From: Candidatus Thorarchaeota archaeon
GTDB lineage: Archaea > Asgardarchaeota > Thorarchaeia > Thorarchaeales > Thorarchaeaceae
Assembly (NCBI GenBank): GCA_016840855.1
Contig: JAEORO010000153.1
Span: forward strand, 1 to 28,156
Direction: 5' to 3'
Length of the DNA stretch: 28,156 bases
Below are positions 1-9,565 of the stretch, piece by piece; within the stretch, counting starts at the first letter, position 1; each line of letters starts with the position of its first letter. The position numbers and the translations under genes are program-made. The notes under the pieces were generated by a model, which ran no database searches, had not been told where the DNA came from, and saw nothing but the letters and a program-made list of their open reading frames with translations.

Positions 1-81
1 CGCCACGGAGCATGAATGACTGTAAGAGTATCAAAGGCCTGTAGAGGGTTGCGTCCTGTGACATAGAGAGGAAGTCGGACG

Positions 82-1035
82 ATGTCATCAAGACCAGACC
101 GAAAACAACCGGATCGCGCAAAATCAGCGGGCTTCACGTGTCCTGAGTGTGGAGGACGTGAAGTAGTACAGGATATTGAGAAAGGTGAACGCATCTGCGC
201 CACTTGTGGGCTTGTTGTGAGCGAACACCGTATTGACACAGGACCCGAATGGAGAGCATTCACTAGTGATGAGAAGGATGCGAGATCAAGAGCTGGTGCA
301 CCGACCAATTACGCAATCCATGACAAAGGACTCTCAACCATGATTGACTGGAGAGACCATGATTCGCAGGGCAAACGATTTACAGCCAAGAAACGTTCGG
401 AAATCTACCGACTAAGGAAATGGCAGATTCGCACACGAGTCCATAGCTCTGTTGACAGGAATCTCGCTCAGGCTATGTCTGAGCTGGATAGACTATCATC
501 ACAATTAGGACTTACCAAAGGCATCAAGGAACTGGCAGCACTCTTGTACAGAAAACTAATCGTTCGAAGGCTTGCACGAAGCAGGTCCATTGATGCGATG
601 GTTGGAGCGGCAATATATGCCGCATGCAGGTTAAGACAAGCACCACGTTCACTTGAGGAAATAGCTCGGCACTCGAGGGTGAGTCGTAAGAAGATTGGCC
701 AGCATTACCGACTCTTGGTGGAGAAGCTGAAACTGAGAATGCCCATCTCAGACCCGGCAAACTATGTTCCTCGATTTATCACGCAACTCAGCTTACCGGG
801 AAAGGTTCAGCAAAAAGTGCTCGAGATACTAGAAATGGCAAAAGAAAATCGTACATTAGTTACGGGTCGAGACCCACGAGGGCTCGCAGCTGCTGCAATC
901 TACATAGCATCAATCCTGATGGATCATAGAGTGACTCAACGAGACATCGCAATGGCAGCTGGTGTGACTGAAGTGACTGTGAGAAATCGATACAAAGAGC
1001 TGGTACAGAAGTTAAACATTACAATGGCACCATAA
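82..1035 (+). CDS. tfb: Transcription initiation factor IIB (TFB), copy 1
   Basis: Zn ribbon CPECGG...CATCG, B-reader GPEWRAF, HDKGLST, RLRKWQ linker, two cyclin folds, C-terminal HTH VTEVTVRNRYKEL; GAGG SD upstream. Confidence 0.97.
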   Translation: MSSRPDRKQPDRAKSAGFTCPECGGREVVQDIEKGERICATCGLVVSEHRIDTGPEWRAFTSDEKDARSRAGAPTNYAIHDKGLSTMIDWRDHDSQGKRFTAKKRSEIYRLRKWQIRTRVHSSVDRNLAQAMSELDRLSSQLGLTKGIKELAALLYRKLIVRRLARSRSIDAMVGAAIYAACRLRQAPRSLEEIARHSRVSRKKIGQHYRLLVEKLKLRMPISDPANYVPRFITQLSLPGKVQQKVLEILEMAKENRTLVTGRDPRGLAAAAIYIASILMDHRVTQRDIAMAAGVTEVTVRNRYKELVQKLNITMAP

Positions 1036-1128
1036 TGAACGCCAGAGGGAAAAAATGAATCTGCATAGCACGCGAGGGATCTGGGCCCTCATGACACCCA
1101 GTTTGCATTGGAGGGAATAAACACACAA

Positions 1129-2097
1129 ATGGCAACATCTAGAGTAGATGAAACAAGTAGAGAAGATGTAATACCAGAAACACCTCAACTAACGTGCTCC
1201 GACTGCGGGGGCACTGATGTTGTTAGGGATAATGAGAAAGGTGAATTAATCTGCGCTACATGTGGACTTGTTTTGAGCGACCACCGCATCGATACAGGTC
1301 CTGAGTGGAGAGCATTCACCTCTGACGAGCGCGACACACGCGCACGAACTGGTGCTCCATCAAGCTACGCACTACATGACAAAGGTCTCTCGACTATGAT
1401 TGACTGGCGAGACCGCGATTCGAAAGGATCGGCTTTCAGTGCCAAGCAACGAGCACAAATCTATCGCCTGAGGAAATGGCAAATCCGGACAAGAGTGCAC
1501 TCATCTCTTGACCGTAACCTGGCACAAGCAATGACTGAGATTGATAGACTTTCCTCTCAACTAGGGCTCTCAGCAGGCTTGAAAGAGCACGCTGCACGTA
1601 TGTACCGCAAATTGATTGCGGGAAGACTATGGAGAAGTAGATCAATCGATGCAACTGCTGCCGCTGCAGTATACGCAGCATGTCGTCATAGAGGATCACC
1701 ACGTTCCATCGAGGAGATAGCTGAACATAGCAGAGAGTCTAAGAAGAAAATCTCTGCACATTATAGAATGCTGGTGACCAAACTCAAGATACGAATGCCA
1801 ATCTCATCACCAGAGAATTATGTTCCAAGGTTTATCTCGGACCTCAATCTACCAATGGAGGTACAACAAATAACCATGGAAATTCTTGAGCAAGCCAAGA
1901 AAGTCAGAGGACTCGTATCAGGCCGAGACCCACGTGGTCTTGCTGCAGCTGCAATCTACATAGCCTCGATAATGTCCGATAATAGGGTCACTCAGCGGGA
2001 TATCTCAAGGATTAGTGGCGTTACAGAAGTAACGATTAGAAACCGCTACAAAGAGCTGGTGAGCAAACTTGAGCTCACAATGGCTTTGTATCCATAA
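1129..2097 (+). CDS. tfb: Transcription initiation factor IIB (TFB), copy 2 (alternative TTG start at 1108)
   Basis: Same motif set: CSDCGG...CATCG, GPEWRAF, HDKGLST, VTEVTIRNRYKEL. ATG 1129 has GGAGG about 14 nt upstream; exact start uncertain. Confidence 0.96.
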   Translation: MATSRVDETSREDVIPETPQLTCSDCGGTDVVRDNEKGELICATCGLVLSDHRIDTGPEWRAFTSDERDTRARTGAPSSYALHDKGLSTMIDWRDRDSKGSAFSAKQRAQIYRLRKWQIRTRVHSSLDRNLAQAMTEIDRLSSQLGLSAGLKEHAARMYRKLIAGRLWRSRSIDATAAAAVYAACRHRGSPRSIEEIAEHSRESKKKISAHYRMLVTKLKIRMPISSPENYVPRFISDLNLPMEVQQITMEILEQAKKVRGLVSGRDPRGLAAAAIYIASIMSDNRVTQRDISRISGVTEVTIRNRYKELVSKLELTMALYP

Positions 2098-2105
2098 GTT
2101 GAAAC

Positions 2106-2140
2106 TGGCTGCAGATTTCTGCAGCCACACACTCTTTTTT
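2106..2140 (+). terminator. Hairpin plus T-tract after tfb copy 2
   Basis: TGGCTGCAGA (2106-2115) and TCTGCAGCCA (2118-2127) form a perfect inverted repeat, followed by TTTTTT at 2135-2140. Confidence 0.65.
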
Positions 2141-2335
2141 CTAATCATAGTTTGAAATGCACTTTATGCAGTGCATATTAATGGAACAGAAATGAAAAAC
2201 TCCATAGATTTGACTCAGACTTTTGGTAAAGGCAGATGCCATAATTGTGGATGGTTCATTCGAGAGTAGATTCTCGGGCTTTAAATTCTACTAGTTGCAC
2301 CAAATATCATCCATCAATAGAAGGAGACCACTTAA

Positions 2336-3298
2336 TTGGTGCAAACATCCATTCAAGAGATTGTTCTATCAAAACAGAAGAAACCCTCCCGTTGGTCTAC
2401 AATGAGCCTCATAACCATAGGTGGAATCATGTTATTCATTGGTATAGTGTGGCGAGTCGTTGATCAATTCGTTCTTGGTCTTGGAAACACATGGATGAAT
2501 ATCATGCCATCAAAGTTGTTCCCATTTTTGATAATAATTAGTTTGTTCTGGAAATTCAGAAGATCTGAGATTGACTCTGTCCTGGGTCTCTCAAAAAATC
2601 AGATCCGACTGCAGTTATATGTTGGACTTTTCATGGGATTATTAATTTCAGGTATGATTGATGTAGGAGGAATAGTAATCTATGCTCTCTTCCTTGACCC
2701 AACATACCCACTTGAACTTCATATTCTGAATCCAGAACTTCTAGCATACATGTTTCTCTTCTTTTTGACAAACGCATTTCTAGAAGAAACTCTGTTCCGG
2801 GGATTGCTACAGAATGCATTCAAGACTAAGTTTTCACCTAACAGAGCCATTTTCCTCTCTGCTCTAATGTTTGGCTTCTGGCATGCGGGCTGGCCGCTTC
2901 TGAACGGAGGCCAAGCGAGAGAAGTGGTGATGGAAGTTTCGATGATGGTATTCTTCACCACCATTCTAGGTCTCCTTTTTGGTGTCTACTACGAGCGATT
3001 CAGTTCTGGTAAGTCACTCACGGGTGTAATCGTAGCGCATACCATCTTCAATTTCGTCAATGAGAACTTCAAGATTGGACCCGAACCTTCAATGCAAGGA
3101 CCAGACATGGCATTTCTTACACCGGGGCTTCTCGGGATTACACTTGTTATGTTCCTTATTGTCTTCTCCACGTTCTTTTTTGTATTTACACGATACAAGA
3201 TAGAACACATTTCATCAATTTGGAGTCGAATCACAGAGAGGACACAGGTCATACATCCAGATCTTTCTAGAACCGAACCTGCTGAGAATGATAGTTGA
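2336..3298 (+). CDS. CPBP (CAAX/Abi, Rce1-like) intramembrane glutamic/metallo-protease
   Basis: Multi-TM protein with motifs AFLEETLFRG, FGFWH and AHTIFN; AGGAGA SD before the TTG start; TTTAAATT TATA-like box near 2280. Confidence 0.9.
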   Translation: MVQTSIQEIVLSKQKKPSRWSTMSLITIGGIMLFIGIVWRVVDQFVLGLGNTWMNIMPSKLFPFLIIISLFWKFRRSEIDSVLGLSKNQIRLQLYVGLFMGLLISGMIDVGGIVIYALFLDPTYPLELHILNPELLAYMFLFFLTNAFLEETLFRGLLQNAFKTKFSPNRAIFLSALMFGFWHAGWPLLNGGQAREVVMEVSMMVFFTTILGLLFGVYYERFSSGKSLTGVIVAHTIFNFVNENFKIGPEPSMQGPDMAFLTPGLLGITLVMFLIVFSTFFFVFTRYKIEHISSIWSRITERTQVIHPDLSRTEPAENDS

Positions 3299-3306
3299 GT
3301 TGAGGA

Positions 3307-4008
3307 ATGATAATATTGCAGATAGGTACTGAATTAGTAATCCTCTCGAGTTTAGCGACCATAGCATTATCAGGGACAATTGGAGTCTACCTGTTTCGAC
3401 TTTGGAGAGCCCAACCAACGCGACTGATGACGGATCTACCGCTAGTTTTCGCAATCTCTACTATAGCGCAAGCAGTCCAAATCTTCATTGGGACACTTCC
3501 GAACGTTGGATTGGTAGCACCTTCAATTGAGCTATTTCGAGTCCGTGCCACCATAATCTGTTTTTCAATAGTCCCGATATTTGGTGCATTGTTACAGATT
3601 TGGGTTCCAAGAATTCAGAAGTATCACAACAGGTTAGTGCTGCTTGTGTCAGCGATTTTGGTAGCTACTTCGTTATTTGGACCTAGCGAGGAATTCATCA
3701 TGGTGATGGTCATCCCTTGGATTCTTGTGTTTGGACTCCTGATGTTAATTACATTCGTAATCACATGGAAAACAGGCAGGCTGAGAGAAGTCAGGAGTGA
3801 AATCATGATTGTATCGATTATGTTTGGTTTAGTTAGTCAAGCACTTCGAGTCCCATTATTGGGATCAACATTCTTCTACATCCCAGATGTCTTTCTGATG
3901 CTATCGATGGTCTTCATAGCTATAGCTTTCGCAAATCCTTGGTACAAAAGAGAGCAAGGTGAAAAGCAACTTATAACTCCAGAGATTGAAATGACAGTTG
4001 ACTATTAG
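3307..4008 (+). CDS. Hypothetical integral membrane protein, about 7 TM helices
   Basis: Seven hydrophobic segments counted by eye; starts 8 nt after the CPBP stop with GAGG SD, so probably co-transcribed. Confidence 0.8.
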   Translation: MIILQIGTELVILSSLATIALSGTIGVYLFRLWRAQPTRLMTDLPLVFAISTIAQAVQIFIGTLPNVGLVAPSIELFRVRATIICFSIVPIFGALLQIWVPRIQKYHNRLVLLVSAILVATSLFGPSEEFIMVMVIPWILVFGLLMLITFVITWKTGRLREVRSEIMIVSIMFGLVSQALRVPLLGSTFFYIPDVFLMLSMVFIAIAFANPWYKREQGEKQLITPEIEMTVDY

Positions 4009-4025
4009 GAGAAAAATAAAGGGTA

Positions 4026-4061
4026 GAGGTCTTCACTCCGTTGCATGAGGGTGAAGATCTC
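4026..4061. terminator. Stem-loop between convergent genes
   Basis: GAGGTCTTCACTC pairs with GGGTGAAGATCTC (13 bp including two G-U on the + strand) between the stops at 4008 and 4117. Confidence 0.55.
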
Positions 4062-4116
4062 CTCTATTTCGAAGATACCTAGTTGAATCTTTACTAGTGA
4101 CTCTGTAGGGTCATGC

Positions 4117-5655
4117 CTATGCACTACCTTCAACTACCTCTGCTGTAAGTGGGTCTAGTTTAGCTTGGATGTGAGTCCGCTCAATAATACTCTCAGTGTA
4201 AGAATTCTCCATTTTCTTTACAATGGTAGGACCAAGTGATCCAAATTCCTGGACATATTTGAACTCGCCATTAGTCCTTCCAACACATTCGTCAAAAGCC
4301 CGAGCAAACTCGATTGAATCTATGTTATTGTTGAACATCGCTGCGATGACGTAATTTGCTTGACCTTCTCCAATAGTACCATAGACATTGTAGTCAATGA
4401 TTTCAGCTCCTGTCACCTTGGTTGCGTAAGCCATACCTTCTGTGACATGTGCATCGGAAAGCTTCTCTCCTGTCAGATTGACAGACTTGCCCTTACGGCC
4501 AATTCTATGAACTGAATAAGGATCAGTGTCCTTGAAGGTCATCACGTCACCTATCCGGTATCTTGTATAACCCATCAGGTTGGTAAGGACCATCTCATAC
4601 CTGTGACCCTTCTTGACTTCGGAGAGTGGTATGACAGTTGGATCGTGCTTTTCAATTTCTGACTCAGGGATAAACTCAAAGTAGTTAATGTGTGGAAGAA
4701 GTTGAATTCCATTGTCGGTGTTGTCTAACAATGTTGTTCCATATAGACCCTCAGACCCCGCATAATTATCCCAAAGAGTCGCTTTTGGCAGCGTGCGTTT
4801 CAACCATGGTTTGAATGGATCCGCATCAACACCTGTTGCGCCCACCATAATCAGATTTGGCCAGAGGACGTTCAAATCTAATTTCCCATCGTCACTGAGA
4901 GCTTCTCTAATTCTTGCTTCATGGTTGGTGCCCTTGAATTCCTCAAGTAGACTAGGTCCGTACTCACTTTGCATTCGACGAATAAATGCAAAAATCAGAG
5001 TGGTGATACCACCTAACGATGTGATGTTCTCTGTTACTGCATACTTGGCATAAGCCCAGAGCTTAGCCCCCATTTCAGTCATATTGAATATTTCTTCACC
5101 GGGTTTAATGAGTTTCTTGAGTAGTGCATTGGCGATCATCTCCCGAGAGATACCAGTCATGTATCCAAGAGGAATCCCATTTATCTCACCCATCTTAGCT
5201 GGTGCTGCGAACGTGAGCATCGTACCATCAAAGACCCTGTTGTTACCCTCCTTTGCATTGATGAACGACATTAGGAACAACATACTTCCACCGGTATAGT
5301 CATTCAAACCAGCCTTGCTCAGAGGTAGAGCCTTGGGTCTTCCTGTAGATCCACTACTTTGGACATACCATATCACGGGATCAGAGGTGATGATTGGTAG
5401 TTCAGGATTCGCATGAATCTGTTCCCAATAGGGCTTCATTGTGTAATAATCATGAAGTGGGACTGTTTCACTAAATTGCTCATAGTTCCGTATATTGGCA
5501 TAGTTGTTATCCTTCCCAAACCGAGTCTGACTATGTCTATCAAGTATCAACATTAACTTGGTCCTAGTCAGTTCAATTGGATTGTTTAGAATTTCAGCAA
5601 TGGTCTTTGCTTTTCTTTTTGCCAGCAATGGAATTAGCTTGCTGATCACTCCCAT
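4117..5655 (-). CDS. GH3 auxin-responsive-family acyl-acid amido synthetase (ANL adenylating superfamily)
   Basis: GH3 motifs QSSGSTGRPK, YAGSEG and RYRIGD; N-terminal T-x-FGK...F...VPLHDY; YFEFIP; C-terminal Q-x-K (HIQAKLDP). Confidence 0.9.
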   Translation of the reverse strand: MGVISKLIPLLAKRKAKTIAEILNNPIELTRTKLMLILDRHSQTRFGKDNNYANIRNYEQFSETVPLHDYYTMKPYWEQIHANPELPIITSDPVIWYVQSSGSTGRPKALPLSKAGLNDYTGGSMLFLMSFINAKEGNNRVFDGTMLTFAAPAKMGEINGIPLGYMTGISREMIANALLKKLIKPGEEIFNMTEMGAKLWAYAKYAVTENITSLGGITTLIFAFIRRMQSEYGPSLLEEFKGTNHEARIREALSDDGKLDLNVLWPNLIMVGATGVDADPFKPWLKRTLPKATLWDNYAGSEGLYGTTLLDNTDNGIQLLPHINYFEFIPESEIEKHDPTVIPLSEVKKGHRYEMVLTNLMGYTRYRIGDVMTFKDTDPYSVHRIGRKGKSVNLTGEKLSDAHVTEGMAYATKVTGAEIIDYNVYGTIGEGQANYVIAAMFNNNIDSIEFARAFDECVGRTNGEFKYVQEFGSLGPTIVKKMENSYTESIIERTHIQAKLDPLTAEVVEGSA

Positions 5656-6285
5656 ATGCGAACCACGCCTCCCTGTGATTCATCGATACGAAATGACCGA
5701 ATTCTTATCTTTCGATTCGACATCTAGTCTTGCCTCCTCCGGTTTCTAGAGATTCCTCCCAAAACCGTATAACTCAGAAATAGTACACTGAATACTAAGG
5801 TGCTTTGTTAGACTCGATTACCTTCTATGAGCCTTTGAAAATGAATAAGAGAATCAATGATACCGAGCGGATGGATAATAAATTATTATATTCTTTTTAT
5901 TGCGTATTAGAGGTTTACTTGTTCTTATTTTCATATAATAAGGTCGAAAAGTGCAATCACACTTGCTGTTACTTCATTGTTCATATGCAAAAAAAATGCT
6001 CGTGGATTTACTGCCAATACTCGTGGTTCCAAAACCATATGGTGAGACCCTATCAGTGGGAACTTGACAAAAAGCACGTTTCAATTGCAGAAAAGGACCT
6101 TGGGAAATATAGAAAACGGAATTGAAGCGACTAGAAGTCATCCTCTCTCTAAAGAGAATTTAATATCTCCACGCTGGCTCTCATAGGTATTTAAAATCGT
6201 AAAAAAGTCTTATGTGAAGCGATTTAGTTCAAACCTAACCTTCGTAAAGGTTTGTGTGCTATTTCTTTCTGTACGGTGCATAAGT

Positions 6286-7038
6286 ATGCTGATGCAACTC
6301 GAAGAACAATTGTTGATTGCTCACAAGGAAGCGACTGCTCAAGGAATGGTAGATGTTACTTTACCACTCCAAGTCATGTTTAACAATGCAGACAGAACCA
6401 TACTCAAAGCAAGATTACGATATCACTCTAACGATAAAGATGCAAGTCTGATCGTGATTGTCGGACTTCGCAGCGATATTCTTTCTCCTTTCCAACGATT
6501 CGAAACAAAACGGAAAGGGAGATATCTGCCCTGTGATATCCCTGGCATTGTACCTGGACTTGCACTCATGGCCTCATCAATTAACAACGGACTTGCACTC
6601 AGTGCCATTGCCAAAGATGATGCAACAAGACTGGTATTGGTATTTGAAGGTCTCTCGGGAAAGAAAGGGGGTAGCTTGAAGGCTCTGTCTGCAGCTGTCA
6701 GGAATTTCATGCTACGTTGGTCAGAATGGACTGATGTCTTGCTCGGGATAATCCGCCGAGATCCTAATGTGGGAAATTGGGATCTTGACTGGAGAGAATT
6801 TCTTGCTGGAGAATCCGGATTCATCACGATGCATTGGTTTCGTCCAATGACATACTCGGAGAGAGAACTAGCTCTACAGAGAGTGTTGGTAGCATCAAAA
6901 GCACTCTTAGCATCAGTACTCAGTGGAAGTAAATTAAGAGACCCCATGATTCTAGGCTTAAAGGAATGGTTAGATGAAATTGAACCATTACCAGAAGTAA
7001 TCGGTGGAGCACCAATTGGTGAGGAGGTTGAAATCTAG
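6286..7038 (+). CDS. Hypothetical protein, about 250 aa (ATG 6286 or 6292 preferred over GTG 6214)
   Basis: Long ORF with globular-protein composition; no family recognised. Confidence 0.75.
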   Translation: MLMQLEEQLLIAHKEATAQGMVDVTLPLQVMFNNADRTILKARLRYHSNDKDASLIVIVGLRSDILSPFQRFETKRKGRYLPCDIPGIVPGLALMASSINNGLALSAIAKDDATRLVLVFEGLSGKKGGSLKALSAAVRNFMLRWSEWTDVLLGIIRRDPNVGNWDLDWREFLAGESGFITMHWFRPMTYSERELALQRVLVASKALLASVLSGSKLRDPMILGLKEWLDEIEPLPEVIGGAPIGEEVEI

Positions 7039-7506
7039 ATGCAAGTGGATGATTTCATTCAGGACACCACTCCCACTCCGTTCATGATTCCTCAAATAGC
7101 ATGGCTTGCAGGTGCCGCAAAAGGATTGAAGATTGTAGGTAATAGAACTCCAAAATGGCTCTGGCAAGAGTTCTATGATGACATCTTCCAGATGATTCGT
7201 TTGGCAGGAGTTATTACACCCACAGATCCAGGTACAGCCCCTAATGAAGGAGATGGACTTGTTGGTTCTGCAATTGAAGCTCTCGGCGGCTATGTGAGCG
7301 TGACAAGTGAATTGACTCCAGAAGGGCTCTATTTTAGAGTACCCTTGGTGTGTCAAGAAAATATCGTTCAACTGCTAAAAGGATTGACAGTTCTAAAATA
7401 TCACGGAGAAATCGTCATACCAACATTTGAGCTACCTGCATTTATTAGATTAGTACCTATAGAAGGACCAGTAGCAGAAATGTTAGAAGAAGAAGAGATT
7501 TCGTGA
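7039..7506 (+). CDS. Hypothetical protein, 155 aa, abutting the upstream gene
   Basis: ATG directly follows the upstream TAG; strong GAGGAGG SD at 7021-7027; no family recognised. Confidence 0.8.
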   Translation: MQVDDFIQDTTPTPFMIPQIAWLAGAAKGLKIVGNRTPKWLWQEFYDDIFQMIRLAGVITPTDPGTAPNEGDGLVGSAIEALGGYVSVTSELTPEGLYFRVPLVCQENIVQLLKGLTVLKYHGEIVIPTFELPAFIRLVPIEGPVAEMLEEEEIS

Positions 7507-7520
7507 GAATGAAAAAAGGT

Positions 7521-9488
7521 TTAATTATCCCATGGATCAATGAACTTACTTTCCTGAAATATTCTCTGAAACGCAGTCATCTTGTATGTCTTATAGTATC
7601 TCAGTCTTGCAGTAAATGATTGAGTAGTAATCCGATCTTTCCTATTACCTCCAGATAATTTCTCTCTGATCACACCACCAACAATGTCCGTCTTATAAGG
7701 AGGAAGTCGCAGATAAGCAACCAAGTCCAATGATTCGTCAGTGAATGCATGGACATATGGAATCTGAGAGGTCATCCAATCGATGAACGACTCCCTTAAT
7801 TCATTCTCCTTGAATCTACCCACCACAAGCATTCCTTCAGGTAACCCGCAGTACTCAAGTGCAGGTGTATATAGCAATCGCAATACCTTTTCTTCAAGCA
7901 GATTTCGAAGATAACGTCTTGCGGTCCTTGGGACAAATCCAAGTTGCTCTAGCATCCACATCCGAGTTTCACGCAACCCTCTGAACACCCACATAGGACC
8001 AAGAAGGTCAATCTGCCTGCCTGTTGGTTTTAGGTGAGGTTTTTTGTCATACTTTGTTTTTCGGAATAACCAAGAAGACGGTTTTTTACTAATCTTTATC
8101 GCGGGTTTCCATGGTTGAAGAACCCAGGCACCATTCTTCTTGTCATAGAGATTTAGTTTCATTGATATTAGCTCAGAATCAGCAACTATCTGAATTGTCT
8201 TCGGATCTAAGGTGACGGAAGGTCCCTTACTATGAGACGGTTCAAGGTGCACTGTGCACGCGTTTTGACTCGATTCGCTCAAGACCATCCTCTCAAAAAG
8301 TCCATCACTTGTTAAACCCGATTTTTTTGTTTCAGTAAATATGAAGCGATACTTGAGACCAAGTTTTGTGACAACAGGGAAATATGTTTCAGTAAGTATC
8401 AATCCAAAACGACGCAGTGTATAATGCGCCATTCTTCTTTTCGTCCCAGTCACTGTGTCAACTTCTGACGCTACAGGTCTGCCAGCTCTCTCACAAGAAG
8501 ATAGGTATTCGCAAATTCTGCGAAGTGGTTCATAATCTAGTATGTTTATGTTGCCCCTAAACATCTTCAGCATTGCTTCATGTTCTGAAGCTGCTGGTCC
8601 ATCTGGACGCAAGGCATGAATGTTCCATTGTGTCAAGGTCATCCGTTGTAAATCCATTTCATCGAGAGATACATTCCTGGCCCCTTTTCTGGCATTTATC
8701 TCGAGAGAAATTTCTGCTGCAATCTTTCGTCGAGATTTATCAACAACGCTTTTTGATGACTTTCTGCACATGCTGAGAGACCTTGCCCATTTATCGATGA
8801 TGTCAGATAGTGGGTCTTGAGGAGCAAGAGCTCTATCTATCAATGGATTTTGAATAAGAACCTCTTTGATGGTTTCTTTGATCCGGTCTATATCTTCAAG
8901 GACATCATCAACCGATCTTTCTGATACTAATGAGTTGTGAATTTCTTGAAGACCTTCCAACCGTAGCTCTTCTACCTTTGTTGACCAGAGAGGTAATAAC
9001 CATGGATTTGATTTACCAATAAAATCCGATACAATATGAATCGTGAAAAGAGCAGCAGACAGAGAATCAAGGCCTTCAGGAACGAGTGGCCAATCATAAT
9101 CCTTCGGAGCGTCTTCCAGAACAAACCTAGAGAAAACATAAGACAGTGTATCAATTTCCTGAGGATTAAGATTTGCTGGAAAGAGTGATTTAACCTGTTC
9201 TAATACATTTAAACCAGATGGTTTTAATGGTCTCATTTTTGTAGTTACTTTCTCAGTGACTTCTTCATAGCCAAGTGCCTTATTGAGAGTAGCTTCAGTA
9301 CTTGGCTCTTCAGGAATAGGTTTTAGATGGAAAGATTCCTCAAAAAGTTTCTTGTCTATTTTGGTAGTTTCGACACCCCATTTCGAGTAATCTATGAGGA
9401 GGTTTCGAAGAATGGTGAGATCTTCAACCTTACGGCCTTTTCTTAGCCAGTCTATTGTAACAAACGCTCTTTTGCCCATTTTCATCAC
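7521..9488 (-). CDS. Large protein with unknown helical N-terminus and two C-terminal Lrp/AsnC-like wHTH+RAM-like modules
   Basis: HTH-like PVASEVDTVTGTKRRMAHYTLRRF...KLGLKYRFIF and LEQLGFVPRTARRYLRNLLEEKVLRLLY...CGL resemble the Lrp HTH plus 'LGL' linker. The ORF is solid; the domain call is by eye. Confidence 0.7.
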   Translation of the reverse strand: MMKMGKRAFVTIDWLRKGRKVEDLTILRNLLIDYSKWGVETTKIDKKLFEESFHLKPIPEEPSTEATLNKALGYEEVTEKVTTKMRPLKPSGLNVLEQVKSLFPANLNPQEIDTLSYVFSRFVLEDAPKDYDWPLVPEGLDSLSAALFTIHIVSDFIGKSNPWLLPLWSTKVEELRLEGLQEIHNSLVSERSVDDVLEDIDRIKETIKEVLIQNPLIDRALAPQDPLSDIIDKWARSLSMCRKSSKSVVDKSRRKIAAEISLEINARKGARNVSLDEMDLQRMTLTQWNIHALRPDGPAASEHEAMLKMFRGNINILDYEPLRRICEYLSSCERAGRPVASEVDTVTGTKRRMAHYTLRRFGLILTETYFPVVTKLGLKYRFIFTETKKSGLTSDGLFERMVLSESSQNACTVHLEPSHSKGPSVTLDPKTIQIVADSELISMKLNLYDKKNGAWVLQPWKPAIKISKKPSSWLFRKTKYDKKPHLKPTGRQIDLLGPMWVFRGLRETRMWMLEQLGFVPRTARRYLRNLLEEKVLRLLYTPALEYCGLPEGMLVVGRFKENELRESFIDWMTSQIPYVHAFTDESLDLVAYLRLPPYKTDIVGGVIREKLSGGNRKDRITTQSFTARLRYYKTYKMTAFQRIFQESKFIDPWDN

Positions 9489-9565
9489 ATAATAGCGAAA
9501 GCTTCACTTATCATTTTAGGATACACATCTTAGGAGCTTATTAGCATAGAGCAATACAATATTTC

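Noticed and set aside
3934-3945. NPWY after TM7 resembling the GPCR NPxxY motif
   Set aside because: Spacing differs and no other GPCR motifs are present; a four-residue match is not evidence.
6034-6043. Perfect palindrome ACCATATGGT
   Set aside because: A single 10-bp palindrome is expected by chance in 28 kb, and no second copy was noticed.
5805-6125. 106-aa ORF in the AT-rich gap
   Set aside because: TTG start and Cys/Tyr/Phe-skewed composition typical of translated AT-rich non-coding DNA; no motif.
7036-7041. In-frame TAG-ATG junction suggesting amber (pyrrolysine) read-through fusion of the two orphans
   Set aside because: A strong GAGGAGG SD at 7021-7027 explains independent initiation, and there are no pyl genes in the window. 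Revisit only if homologues are fused.
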